64,000 nucleotides of DNA from Methanocaldococcus sp. 28A (GTDB taxonomy: Archaea; AGJL01; Methanococci; Methanococcales; Methanocaldococcaceae): the NCBI GenBank assembly GCA_049852185.1, contig CP187540.1; one strand, given 5' to 3'. The position numbers and the translations under genes are program-made. Under the pieces are notes generated by a model. The model saw only the letters and a program-made list of their open reading frames with translations. It searched no databases and was not told where the DNA came from. Below are positions 42,374 through 52,464 of the stretch, piece after piece (within the stretch, counting starts at the first letter, position 1; each line of letters opens with the position of its first letter).

Positions 42374-43120
42374 TTATAGAAAATCATCTATTTTTCCTAA
42401 TTTTTTTGTAATTATCTTAATAAAATTTTCTGTCTTTTCAAATTTATCAATCAATATTAACTGATTTTGAGATTTTGTAATTGCAAATAATATTGATGAG
42501 CATATCGGACAGCCTACTTTTTCACAAACTTTGCAATCAACATCATGACAGTACTTTAGTTTGACATTCTCTATAAGTAGCACTATTTTATCCCCCTCTT
42601 CCTTAAAATCAACACCATCAACCAACTCCAATGTGTTTAAAACTGATGACGCTATAGATACTGCTAAACTTAAATCAGCATTATTTAATTCTATATCTGC
42701 ATATTCTTCAAATTTTTTTACAAGATTATATCCTAAAGGCGGAGATATTAAAAGACCCATTTCTTTTCCTCTCCCGACATTTGTTAAAAAAACAATCTCA
42801 TCATCAAAATTTCCAAGGTTTATTTCAAAATCCTCATTTGTAGGTATAAATGTTCCACCTTTTGGTAAATTTTCATAAGGGGGGATATATATGGCCTTGC
42901 CTTCTAAATGCAGATTGTTTATAAAATTTTCAAAAAAAGATAGGTAGGGGTTTATAGTGCATTCATATGTTTCATAACTTATTAAATTGGAAGGAATAAA
43001 TGCCAGTATAAGAATCCCAATAAAAATCCCTGCAAAACCTAAATTTATAAAAGTTATGGTTTCATAGTTTATTCCCCAATAAATAAGAAATATACCAAGC
43101 GCAATAATTGAAACCCCCAA
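42374..43120 (-). CDS. Membrane-anchored hypothetical protein with Cys cluster
   Basis: Two N-terminal TMs; C..C..VGCPICSS motif; start may lie slightly upstream. Confidence 0.7.
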   Translation of the reverse strand: MGVSIIALGIFLIYWGINYETITFINLGFAGIFIGILILAFIPSNLISYETYECTINPYLSFFENFINNLHLEGKAIYIPPYENLPKGGTFIPTNEDFEINLGNFDDEIVFLTNVGRGKEMGLLISPPLGYNLVKKFEEYADIELNNADLSLAVSIASSVLNTLELVDGVDFKEEGDKIVLLIENVKLKYCHDVDCKVCEKVGCPICSSILFAITKSQNQLILIDKFEKTENFIKIITKKLGKIDDFL

Positions 43121-43175
43121 AATTATGTTTTTAGATGCATGTTTATTTATAATATCACCCCTCAGTGTTATGTCA

Positions 43176-43271
43176 TAGGACTTCCTTAGTTTATATATTA
43201 AACTTGTAACTTTGACACCTTTGGGTGTTTATATTCAATTACAATATATATTTATTCATGCGAAAGTCTTA
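43176..43271. mobile_element. MITE (MJRE-like), degenerate
   Basis: TAGGACTTCC ... TGCGAAAGTCTTA with central hairpin GACACCTTTGGGTGTT. Confidence 0.8.
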
Positions 43272-43410
43272 TTAAAGATAGACATACATTGCATAAAGAA
43301 GAAATTCTTACTCCAATCTATATCTATTTAGTCAAAGAAAATATCTTATTCCTTAACCTCATTAAATCTCTAAAAACTCAATCTTTCTTTGTTTGGAATA
43401 CTATACAGAA
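43272..43410 (+). pseudogene. 3' fragment of MJ-type archaeal ATPase
   Basis: PIYIYLVKENILFLN...KTQSFFVWNTIQK resembles the C-terminus of the remnant at 34470-34925. Confidence 0.55.
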
Positions 43411-43470
43411 AGTATCTTTAATTCATTTGAGTTTATATTAGAGTAATAGTATATTATAGCTGGTGGTAAT

Positions 43471-44457
43471 GTGAATTTAAAGAAGTATTGGGATTTGATA
43501 GTAGTTATAGGTTTATCTTTATTACTGTTGTTTGTTATTAAATATTATCCAGATATTATCCTTAGGAAAGGTTTGGGAATGGCATTTGTTATATTCTTTC
43601 CTGGTTATGTATTTATAAATGTACTATTTCCAAAAAATAAAGAGTTGGATAATATTGAAAGGTTGGCTTTGAGTTTTGGATTGAGTATAGCAATTGTTCC
43701 ATTAATTGGTTTAATTTTAAATTACACATCTTGGGGATTAAGATTAATTCCGATATTAGTTAGTTTAACTATCTTCAATTTAATATTTGGGATTTTAGCA
43801 ATATATAGGAGAGCAAAAGCAAAAGAGCCTTGGATTCCAATAATTGATATTGAAAAACTTAAAAAAGAACTTGAATGGGATAAGGCAAGTAAATTAGATA
43901 AAGCATTAACGGTAATTTTATTAATTGCAATAATTTCTTCAATTGCAACCCTTTTTTATGTTATAACTCATCCTAAGCCAGGAGAAAAATTTACTGAATT
44001 TTATATATTAGGCCCTAATGGAAAGGCTTCAGATTATCCAACAGAGTTATTTGTTGGTGAAGAGGGGAGAGTGATTATTGGGATTGTGAATCATGAATAT
44101 AGAAATGTTACCTACTATGTGGAAGTTTGGTTGGTTAATTTAAGTTATGATTTTAATACAAATAAGACTCATATATATAATATGTATCTATTAGATAGTT
44201 TTAATGTAACTCTTCCTCCAAAGCCAGTGAATATTGAAGGAAATTGGACTCCTCAATGGGAAAAAAATTATACCTTCATCATAAATAAACCTGGAAAATG
44301 GCAAATTTGGTTTTTGTTGTTTATGGATGAGAGGCCTAAATTACCAAAGCCTATCAATGGAGATTATGCTAACACTACAGCTAAAATGAGAATTATAGAA
44401 GCAATAAATGGAAGTATTCAAAGTTTGAAATTGAATGTTGATGTTAAGAAGATATAA
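43471..44457 (+). CDS. DUF1616 membrane protein
   Basis: FFPGY...LFP, ERLALSFGLS, EKFTEFYILG..GKA.DYP, IGIVNHE. Confidence 0.85.
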   Translation: MNLKKYWDLIVVIGLSLLLLFVIKYYPDIILRKGLGMAFVIFFPGYVFINVLFPKNKELDNIERLALSFGLSIAIVPLIGLILNYTSWGLRLIPILVSLTIFNLIFGILAIYRRAKAKEPWIPIIDIEKLKKELEWDKASKLDKALTVILLIAIISSIATLFYVITHPKPGEKFTEFYILGPNGKASDYPTELFVGEEGRVIIGIVNHEYRNVTYYVEVWLVNLSYDFNTNKTHIYNMYLLDSFNVTLPPKPVNIEGNWTPQWEKNYTFIINKPGKWQIWFLLFMDERPKLPKPINGDYANTTAKMRIIEAINGSIQSLKLNVDVKKI

Positions 44458-44471
44458 AATAAGGTGAAAAA

Positions 44472-45032
44472 ATGCCATTTAAATTCAAAAGATTGGAAAT
44501 TCCAGAAGTTATTTTAATAGAGCCAGTTATCTTTGAAGATGAAAGAGGATTTTTTATGGAAACCTATAAATACAGTGACTTTTCAAAATTTGGGATTAAA
44601 GAAATATTTGTCCAAGATAATCATTCTAAGTCAAAAAAAGGTGTTTTAAGGGGTTTGCATTATCAAAAAAATCCTAATGCTCAAAGTAAATTAGTGAGGT
44701 GTATAAAAGGGGAGATATTCGATGTTGCTGTAGATATAAGAAAGGGCTCTCCAACCTATGGAAAGTGGGTAGGGGTTATTTTATCAGAAGAAAATAAAAG
44801 AATGCTATATATCCCAAAGGGATTTGCACATGGATTTTGCGTTTTGAGTGATGAAGCAGAGGTTATTTATAAATGCACTGCAGAATATTCCCCAGATGAT
44901 GATAGAGGCATAATATGGAACGATAAAGATATTGGTATAGATTGGCCAATAAAAAACCCTATTTTGTCTGAGAAAGACAAAAAACATCCTCCATTAAGAG
45001 AGGCAGACATTAACTTTGTTTATGAAAAATAA
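44472..45032 (+). CDS. rmlC: dTDP-4-dehydrorhamnose 3,5-epimerase
   Basis: DERGFFME, VQDNHS.S..GVLRGLHYQ, GFAHGF. Confidence 0.97.
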   Translation: MPFKFKRLEIPEVILIEPVIFEDERGFFMETYKYSDFSKFGIKEIFVQDNHSKSKKGVLRGLHYQKNPNAQSKLVRCIKGEIFDVAVDIRKGSPTYGKWVGVILSEENKRMLYIPKGFAHGFCVLSDEAEVIYKCTAEYSPDDDRGIIWNDKDIGIDWPIKNPILSEKDKKHPPLREADINFVYEK

Positions 45033-45044
45033 AAAGGTGATAAT

Positions 45045-45923
45045 ATGAAAGGGATTATATTGGCTGGAGGATCAGGAACAAGGTTATATCCAATAACCTA
45101 CGCTGGAAATAAACATCTAATTCCAATATACAATAAACCAATGATATATTATCCATTATCAATTTTGATGTTAGCTCAGATTAAAGATATATTGATAATC
45201 TCAACTCCTGAAGATTTACCAAGATTTAAAAAACTCTTAGGAGATGGACGTCAATTTGGAATAAATTTACAGTATAAAGAGCAGAAAGAACCGAGAGGAT
45301 TGGCAGAGGCATTTATTATTGGAGAAGATTTCATAGAAGATGATAATGTTTGTTTAATCTTAGGGGATAATATTTTGTATGGTAGTGGATTAACTGGAAT
45401 ATTACTTGAAACGAAAAAAGAAATAGAAAAGAATGGTGGAGGTATTGTATTTGGACAGTATGTAAATGATCCAGAACGATATGGTGTTATAGAATTTGAT
45501 GAAGAAGGGGGGATAAAATCAATTATAGAAAAGCCTAAGAATCCTCCATCAAACTATGCAGTTATTGGGTTGTATTTCTATGATAATGAAGTTATTGAGA
45601 TAGCTAAAAATGTAAAACCCTCTTGGAGGGGTGAATTGGAAATAACTGACATAAATAACGAATATCTAAAAAAAGGGAACCTAAAAGTTAAGCTTTTACC
45701 AAGAGGAGTGGCGTGGTTTGACGCAGGAACTCATGAGAGTTTATTGGAAGCAACAAACTTTGTTGCGGCAATAGAGAGAAGGCAAGGATTAATGATTGGT
45801 TGCTTAGAAGAAATTGCATATAGAAATGGATGGATAACTAAAGAGCAGTTGTTAAATCTTGCCAAACCATTATTAAAGACGGATTATGGAAAATATTTAG
45901 AAAGATTAGTAAATGAGGGATAA
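45045..45923 (+). CDS. rmlA: Glucose-1-phosphate thymidylyltransferase
   Basis: [37 protein letters not shown]. Confidence 0.97.
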   Translation: MKGIILAGGSGTRLYPITYAGNKHLIPIYNKPMIYYPLSILMLAQIKDILIISTPEDLPRFKKLLGDGRQFGINLQYKEQKEPRGLAEAFIIGEDFIEDDNVCLILGDNILYGSGLTGILLETKKEIEKNGGGIVFGQYVNDPERYGVIEFDEEGGIKSIIEKPKNPPSNYAVIGLYFYDNEVIEIAKNVKPSWRGELEITDINNEYLKKGNLKVKLLPRGVAWFDAGTHESLLEATNFVAAIERRQGLMIGCLEEIAYRNGWITKEQLLNLAKPLLKTDYGKYLERLVNEG

Positions 45924-45925
45924 GG

Positions 45926-48436
45926 ATGAGAATATTGGTAACAGGTGGAGCTGGTTTTATAGGAAGTAACTTTATAAAATATATATTGGATAAACATAAA
46001 GATTGGGAAGTTATAAATTTAGATAAACTAGGATATGGCTCCAATTTGGAGAATTTGAAGGGAATAGACGAGGATAGATATAAATTTATTAAGGGGGATA
46101 TAACTGATTTTGAGTTGATTTCAAAACTTATTAAAGAAGTAGATGCTGCTGTAAATTTCGCAGCAGAGACGCATGTAGATAGAAGTATATCTACTCCTTA
46201 TTCATTCATAGAAAGCAATGTTATTGGAGTCTATACAATATTAGAAGCAATTAGAAGGTATAATCCAGAGGTAAATTTTGTTCATGTAAGTAGTGTGACT
46301 GGGGATACTCCAGTATTGCTAAGGAATAAAGAGACTGGAGAAATATTTTTAGAGAGAATAGATTTCCTCAATGAGGATAATTATCATCTCTATGAAGCGC
46401 TTACGATTGATGAAGACCTTAAAGCTACCTTCATGCCAATTTCGGGTATAGTTAAACACCCTACTGATGAGATTTACGAAATAGAGTATGAAAGTGGAGG
46501 GAGGATTAAAGCTACAGGCTCTCATTCTGTGTTTGTATTCACGGAAGATGGAATAAAAGAAAAATATGTTACCGAGCTGAAAGAAGGGGACTATTTGGTA
46601 ACCTTACTCACTTTCAACAAGAATAATTTCGAATCAAACCACATTCTCAGGATAAAGGATTACATAGATATGAATAAAATCAAAACAAATGGACGCATTA
46701 AGAAGAGCCTAAAAACTAGAGAAAGAATACTGGAAGTTTTAAAAGATAGTCCTAAAACATGGAAAGAACTTGTTGAGAGTTTAGGAAAGTCTGTTTCTCA
46801 GTCGCTTAAAAGTATGGTAAAGGAGGGATTAATTGAGATCGTGAATAGGAAATACAAGATAACAGAGAAGGGTTTAGCTGAATTAAGGAATGGTTTTGAA
46901 GAGACTGCTTATGTGCTTTACAGGAGACAGCTTAATATTCCACAGGAGATTGAGGAAATAGAAGTTACTCCTGAATTAATGTGGCTCTTTGGTTTGTATT
47001 TGGCGGAGGGACATGCCTCCAATACGGAAAAAGAATTCAAAAGAAAGCTAAAAAAAGTTACAATAACATCAAAAGATATTGAGTCGCTCAAAAAAGCAAA
47101 AAAATTGCTAGAAAAATATTTTGGATATAAAAAAGCAGTTATTAGGGAAAAGAAAAATGAAGACACATACCAATTGGAGTTTGGTGGAGAAATTTTGCAT
47201 TCTATTTTCTCAGAGTGGGGAAGCACTTCCGAAACTAAACGTATTCCTTCATGGGTATGGAAACTCTCAAGAGATCATATAGCCAAGATGCTTGAAGGTT
47301 ATGAAGGAGATGCTCATATCAGAAAAGATGGTAGTAGAATATTCACTTCGAAAAATCAAACCCTAATATTTAGTTTAGTATGGTTAACTAGGCTTAAAGG
47401 GATAAACTCAAGGTATGTTAAGAGAGTGTGTAAAAATATGAAAGGGGAATTCCAAAAAAGAGAGGAATATGACTTAGTCATGCACGATTTAGCAGTTTCA
47501 TCTGAAAATTATGAGGAAAATAAGTTAGTAAGGACGCCTCATTCTAAGTGTATCCCTATGGAATTAGTAAAACACCATTTACCTGAGAATATCGTGGCAA
47601 AGTATAATCTCAAAAAGAACAAATTAATTGGAAAAGATATTGCAAAAAGATTGATGAAAGGAAAGAATAAGTATGTTGAATCAGATGTAGGAGTTGCAAA
47701 GGTCAAAAAAATTACACGACTTAACGAAAACTTAATGGTATATGATATTGTAATAGATAAGAATCACAAATTCTTTGGAGGAAATGTGCCAATTCTCCTT
47801 CACAATACTGACGAAGTTTATGGAGATATTGAGGAGGGTTCATTCACTGAAAATGATAGATTGCTACCTTCATCTCCTTATTCTGCAAGTAAAGCTGGTG
47901 GAGATATGCTTGTTTTAGGATGGGCAAGAACATACAACTTAAATGCAAAGATAACAAGATGTTCAAACAATTATGGTCCTTACCAATTCCCAGAAAAATT
48001 GATACCTAAAACGATAATTAGGGCAAATATGGATTTGAAAATACCAATATATGGTAAAGGGGAAAATGTTAGAGATTGGTTATATGTTTTGGATCATTGT
48101 AGTGGAATAGAATTAGTTTTAGAAAAAGGGGAAAGTAGGGAAATTTACAATATAGCTTCAAATCAGGAGAAGATGAATATAGAAGTTGTTAAGATGATTT
48201 TAAATATAATGAATAAATCTGAAGATTTAATAGAGTTTGTTGAAGATAGACCTGGACATGATATAAGATATAGTTTAGATGCTTCAAAAATTAAGGAACT
48301 TGGTTGGAAACCAAAATATAACTTTAAAGATGGTTTAAAAGAAACTGTAAAGTGGTATTTGAATAATGAATGGTGGTGGAAGCCATTAATTAATGATAAA
48401 GTTTTACATCCAACTCCTTGGAAGTTGAAATGGTGA
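45926..48436 (+). CDS. rmlB: dTDP-glucose 4,6-dehydratase interrupted by an intein
   Basis: TGGAGFIG, AAETHVDRS, VHVS/TDEVYG split by insertion, SPYSASKA, NNYGPYQFPEKLIP, DRPGHD; 331 aa after splicing. Confidence 0.95.
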   Translation: MRILVTGGAGFIGSNFIKYILDKHKDWEVINLDKLGYGSNLENLKGIDEDRYKFIKGDITDFELISKLIKEVDAAVNFAAETHVDRSISTPYSFIESNVIGVYTILEAIRRYNPEVNFVHVSSVTGDTPVLLRNKETGEIFLERIDFLNEDNYHLYEALTIDEDLKATFMPISGIVKHPTDEIYEIEYESGGRIKATGSHSVFVFTEDGIKEKYVTELKEGDYLVTLLTFNKNNFESNHILRIKDYIDMNKIKTNGRIKKSLKTRERILEVLKDSPKTWKELVESLGKSVSQSLKSMVKEGLIEIVNRKYKITEKGLAELRNGFEETAYVLYRRQLNIPQEIEEIEVTPELMWLFGLYLAEGHASNTEKEFKRKLKKVTITSKDIESLKKAKKLLEKYFGYKKAVIREKKNEDTYQLEFGGEILHSIFSEWGSTSETKRIPSWVWKLSRDHIAKMLEGYEGDAHIRKDGSRIFTSKNQTLIFSLVWLTRLKGINSRYVKRVCKNMKGEFQKREEYDLVMHDLAVSSENYEENKLVRTPHSKCIPMELVKHHLPENIVAKYNLKKNKLIGKDIAKRLMKGKNKYVESDVGVAKVKKITRLNENLMVYDIVIDKNHKFFGGNVPILLHNTDEVYGDIEEGSFTENDRLLPSSPYSASKAGGDMLVLGWARTYNLNAKITRCSNNYGPYQFPEKLIPKTIIRANMDLKIPIYGKGENVRDWLYVLDHCSGIELVLEKGESREIYNIASNQEKMNIEVVKMILNIMNKSEDLIEFVEDRPGHDIRYSLDASKIKELGWKPKYNFKDGLKETVKWYLNNEWWWKPLINDKVLHPTPWKLKW
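46292..47806 (+). mobile_element. Intein (505 aa) with LAGLIDADG homing endonuclease
   Basis: Block A SVTGDTPV, block B ATGSHSVF, LFGLYLAEG and MLEGYEGDA, block F VYDIVI...HKFF, terminal HN followed by Thr. Confidence 0.95.
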
Positions 48437-48442
48437 TTTTCA

Positions 48443-49330
48443 ATGGAAAAAGTTGCCGTTATTGGCTTAGGTATGATAGGATATGAAATAATTAAGAAAT
48501 ATTTAGAATTTGATGATTATGATGTTTATATTATAACAAGAAGTGATAAAGGATTCTTTAACGATGTAGAAAGATATTTTGTAGATATAACCAATGAGAA
48601 TAAAATTAAGGAAACTATTAAAACAATAAATCCTGATTATGTTATAAATACAGCTGCAATGACTAATGTTGATTTGTGTGAAACTGAAAGAGATTTGGCT
48701 TATAAAATAAATGCGTTGGGGGCAAAATATATTGGAGAGATTTGTAAAGAAATTGGATGTTTTTTGTGTCATATATCTACCGATTATGTATTTGATGGAG
48801 AGAAAGGAAATTATACTGAAGAAGATCCTATAAATCCAATAAATTATTATGGATATACAAAAGCGGAAGGGGAGAGATTATTAAATGAGTTGGATTATGA
48901 TGCAATATCCATTGTTAGAATCTCCGTGCCTTATTGTATAAGTCCAGTTAAAGATAATTTCTTTATGTGGGTTTTAGAGAAATTGAAAAATAATGAGGTT
49001 GTAAATGCTGTAATTGACCAGTGGAATACTCCAACTTATGTAAATGAGTTGGTTGAAGGAATTATTAAGATTTATGAAAATTATGATAATGGCTTATTAC
49101 ACTTCGGTGGGGGAGAAAAAGTAAGTAGGTATGAGTTTGCTTTAAAGGTAGCTGAAATTTTTGAATTTGATATGAGTTTAATTAAACCAATTAGAAGTTC
49201 AGAGTTAGGTTGGAAAGCTAAGAGACCAAAAGATACTTCTTTAAATAGTGAAAAAGCTGAAAAATTGTTAAATATTAAATTAAAAACTGTTAAAGAAGCT
49301 TTTAATGAGTTGAAGGAAGTTTTAGGTTGA
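48443..49330 (+). CDS. rmlD: dTDP-4-dehydrorhamnose reductase
   Basis: NTAAMTNVD.CE, HISTDYVFDG, YGYTKAEGE, RPKDTSL. Confidence 0.93.
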   Translation: MEKVAVIGLGMIGYEIIKKYLEFDDYDVYIITRSDKGFFNDVERYFVDITNENKIKETIKTINPDYVINTAAMTNVDLCETERDLAYKINALGAKYIGEICKEIGCFLCHISTDYVFDGEKGNYTEEDPINPINYYGYTKAEGERLLNELDYDAISIVRISVPYCISPVKDNFFMWVLEKLKNNEVVNAVIDQWNTPTYVNELVEGIIKIYENYDNGLLHFGGGEKVSRYEFALKVAEIFEFDMSLIKPIRSSELGWKAKRPKDTSLNSEKAEKLLNIKLKTVKEAFNELKEVLG

Positions 49331-49464
49331 ATGCTTAAAGATACATTGCAAGAAATACAAATTTAACAGGAAAGTATTCGGGAAATATTCATTTATAGAA
49401 TTATAAATTAAACATCTATGATTTTCTTCATCTTTTTATCGTTAAGCTTTACTCACATTTAATT

Positions 49465-49490
49465 GTGCGAAATAATTTCATGATACAACA
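49465..49490. mobile_element. Isolated IS481-family terminal inverted repeat
   Basis: GTGCGAAATAATTTCATGATACAACA matches the right end at 63220-63245. Confidence 0.7.
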
Positions 49491-49518
49491 ATTTATTAAA
49501 AAAATAGGGGATAGAACT

Positions 49519-49955
49519 ATGAACGATATAAGATTGTTGGCTATAAAATCATTTAATGAATTTATAAACGAAGTTTTGCGAATTAATCCAAGGATTTATC
49601 GAGTTGAAGATTATACAAGAGGATTTATAGAGGCGATGTCAAATAATATATATTTAGAGACCATTAGCAAGCAGCAAGCTAAATTATCCGTCGGCAGACT
49701 CTTACTATCGATATATAAATAAGGCAGGTAATTCTATGTTTAAAGAAGTTTATAAATCTTTTGTTAAAAATATATTCAATGATTTAAAAAAATAATAGAA
49801 ATTTTTGCCTATTGATAGATACGCATTGTAATGCCTAATAATTTATATTTAGAATTAATTCATGAATATAGAAAAGAGAGGGGCAGTGCTAGTTCGTATA
49901 AATATATAGCTGCTACTTTACATACTGAAGATTTTTCGTTAATAATCTATTGTAA
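49519..49955 (+). pseudogene. Degraded transposase remnant (ISH3-like) interrupted by the IS701 element
   Basis: Broken frames MNDIRLLAIKSF... and IHEYRKERGSASSYKYIAATL resemble ISH3 transposase N-terminal half. Confidence 0.45.
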
Positions 49956-51090
49956 TAGGACTTTTACAAGCATATTTAAATATTTTATTATAACATTTCA
50001 TGATAATCTATTTTTATTAGATATTATAATTTTTCGAAACAAAAAGTTTATTTTGGGGAAAATATGCTAAAAATGTCGAGGACTATCGTTTATATGCTTT
50101 TTATATTACTTTCAGAGATTAATTCGTGTGTAGAGTTATCGAAAACGTTGCGTATTTTCGGAATCGACATATCTCACGATACAATAAATAGAATACTTTG
50201 GGAAGAAGGAATCTTCCCACAAGAAAAGCTTTTTAATTTCGTTAAAGATTTAATCACTCCTGATTATAATATTGTCGTTATAGATGACTTTGTTATAGAT
50301 AAAATTTACTCTAAATCGACTGAATTTGCTTATTATTGTTGGAGTAATCTACATAAACGAGTAATTAAAGGCTTACATATCGTTGATTGCATAATTACAA
50401 ATGGAAAACATATTATTCCAATCGATTTTAGAGTATATGACAGACCAAGAGATGGAAAGACGAAAAATAATTTATGTAGGGAGATAATAAAGTCTTTAGT
50501 GGATAAAGGATTAAATATTAGATATATCTGTTTCGATAGTTGGTATTCAAGTAAAGATAACTTAAAACTTATCGATAGTTTAGGTTTATTCTACCTCTGC
50601 AGAATTAAAAGGAATAGAAAGGTAAAACTCTCCAAAAACAGAGAGTGGGTATCAATCGAAGACATTAAGGAAATTCCTAAGAATGGATTAATCGTTTATC
50701 TACGAAAAGTTGGCTATGTCAGACTCTTCTGCCTTTCCAAAAACGGAAAGGCAAAATATTATATAACTAATAACCTATTTATGAGTTTCGAAGAATTCCA
50801 AGAGGTCAAAAACGCCTCTTGGAGAATCGAGGAATTCCATAGGGGTGTTAAACAGTGCTGTAATACTGGCAATTTCTTCGTTAGAAAAAAATTTCCAATT
50901 TTAGGTCATATCTCCCTTTCTATGAGAGCCTTCTACCTCTTAGAGAAAATTAGAATCGATAAAAATATCAGTTGGTACGAACTTAGAAGAAAACTAAATC
51001 GAATAGCTGTTGGTAATGCCATAATCTCTTTGTGTGAAGAAATTGGTTTATCGTTAATCTAAGTATTTAAATGTGGATGCGAAAGTCCTA
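49956..51090 (+). mobile_element. Apparently intact IS701-family insertion sequence (1135 bp)
   Basis: 27-bp TIRs matching at 22 of 27 positions (49956-49982; 51064-51090) flanking a DDE transposase. Confidence 0.88.
50064..51062 (+). CDS. IS701-family DDE transposase
   Basis: SHDTINR, VIDD..IDK.YS, PIDFRVY...DGKTKN, FDSWY, WRIEEFHRGVKQ. Confidence 0.9.
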   Translation: MLKMSRTIVYMLFILLSEINSCVELSKTLRIFGIDISHDTINRILWEEGIFPQEKLFNFVKDLITPDYNIVVIDDFVIDKIYSKSTEFAYYCWSNLHKRVIKGLHIVDCIITNGKHIIPIDFRVYDRPRDGKTKNNLCREIIKSLVDKGLNIRYICFDSWYSSKDNLKLIDSLGLFYLCRIKRNRKVKLSKNREWVSIEDIKEIPKNGLIVYLRKVGYVRLFCLSKNGKAKYYITNNLFMSFEEFQEVKNASWRIEEFHRGVKQCCNTGNFFVRKKFPILGHISLSMRAFYLLEKIRIDKNISWYELRRKLNRIAVGNAIISLCEEIGLSLI

Positions 51091-51179
51091 TTTAAAATTC
51101 TTCATCATCGAAATATGTAATTTATTAAATAAATTCGATTATTTAAATGTGGTTATGTGTAGTACCAGGTTGTGTGTGT

Positions 51180-51929
51180 TTAATGCATATTCGTAGATAC
51201 TATATAAATTCCCATAAATAAGATTATTAAATTAATAAATCTATTAAGTTTGTCCTGTGGAATATTAGAGTTTACATGAGTTCCAACATAAACTCCCGGA
51301 ATAGTTCCAAGAATTAGTGATAAAGCTAATTTGTAATCAACATTTCCCAAAATTATATGGCTCAAAGCACTGAAAGACGTTAATAAGAGGCCATAGAAAA
51401 TACTTGTTCCAACAACAGACCTTGGTGAAAGTTTTGTGAAATTCGTTAATGCAAGAGTTATTAAAACACCACTACCAATTGATGTAAATTGAACTATCAA
51501 ACCTACTAAAAATCCAAATAACACTAAAACAGAAGAACCAAAACCTATTTTTTTTGCAAAACTTCTTTTCAAATTTATAATGGATGTGATTATTAAAATT
51601 ACACCAAGTATTATTGTTAAAAAATTATTTATCTCACCTCTATCCCCTAACCTTAAAACTATAGAACCAACTATTATAGCTGGTAAACTTCCTAAGAACA
51701 ATTTTAGTGCAATGTTAAAGTTTATATTCCCTTTTTTATTGTGTAAAATTGCCCCTATAGTCTTGGTTACTGCAGCATACAGTAAATCAGTCCCAACTGC
51801 TATGAGTGGTTCCACTCCTAAAAATATTAATAAAGGAGTCATTAAAGTGCCTCCTCCAATTCCAGTCAAACCTACAAGAAATCCAATAACAAATCCAATT
51901 AATATAAAATACAATGACATAAAACCCAC
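51180..51929 (-). CDS. TauE/SafE (DUF81) sulfur-oxyanion transporter
   Basis: GLTGIGGGTLMTP, AVGTDL and internal repeat TSIGSGV...VVGT. Confidence 0.88.
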   Translation of the reverse strand: MGFMSLYFILIGFVIGFLVGLTGIGGGTLMTPLLIFLGVEPLIAVGTDLLYAAVTKTIGAILHNKKGNINFNIALKLFLGSLPAIIVGSIVLRLGDRGEINNFLTIILGVILIITSIINLKRSFAKKIGFGSSVLVLFGFLVGLIVQFTSIGSGVLITLALTNFTKLSPRSVVGTSIFYGLLLTSFSALSHIILGNVDYKLALSLILGTIPGVYVGTHVNSNIPQDKLNRFINLIILFMGIYIVSTNMH

Positions 51930-51930
51930 T

Positions 51931-52464
51931 TTAAAGATAATTTAGTTCCACAGCCTTTTTGATTATTGCTTCAACTTCCTCATCAACACTCATTTTGGAA
52001 CTATCCACTTTAACTTCTGGGTTATCAGGCTCTTCATAAACTCCATCGTAACCAGTTAATCCTTTTATTTCTCCTTTCAATGCCTTAGCATAAAGTCCCT
52101 TTGGGTCTCTCTTAATTCTTTCCTCTAAAGGAGCATAAACATAAACTTCCATAAATCTCCCAATCTCTTTTCTCGCATATTCCCTAACAGATTTATATGG
52201 AGAAATTAGAGAGACTATTGCTATTACACCATTTCTTGATAACAATTTGGCCATGTGAATAACAACTTTATTATGCATTTCTCTTGCCTCTTTACTAAAT
52301 CCCAAATTTGGATATATGGAATTTCTTATTTCATCTCCATCCAAAATCTCAACTCTATAACCCATTTCTTTGAGTTTTTTCTTTAAAGCATTAGCTAATG
52401 TGGTTTTTCCTGCTCCACTTGGACCTGTGAGCCAAATCGTAAAACCTACTTTCATAGTATACAT
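51931..52464 (-). CDS. cysC: Adenylyl-sulfate (APS) kinase
   Basis: WLTGPSGAGKTT, LDGDEIR, LGFSKE.R, ISPY, RDPKGLY. Confidence 0.96.
   Translation of the reverse strand: MYTMKVGFTIWLTGPSGAGKTTLANALKKKLKEMGYRVEILDGDEIRNSIYPNLGFSKEAREMHNKVVIHMAKLLSRNGVIAIVSLISPYKSVREYARKEIGRFMEVYVYAPLEERIKRDPKGLYAKALKGEIKGLTGYDGVYEEPDNPEVKVDSSKMSVDEEVEAIIKKAVELNYL

Noticed and set aside
49465-50070. ORFs 49465-49722 and 49831-50070 as functional proteins
   Set aside because: Chimeras of an IS481 TIR, a decayed transposase and the IS701 left end
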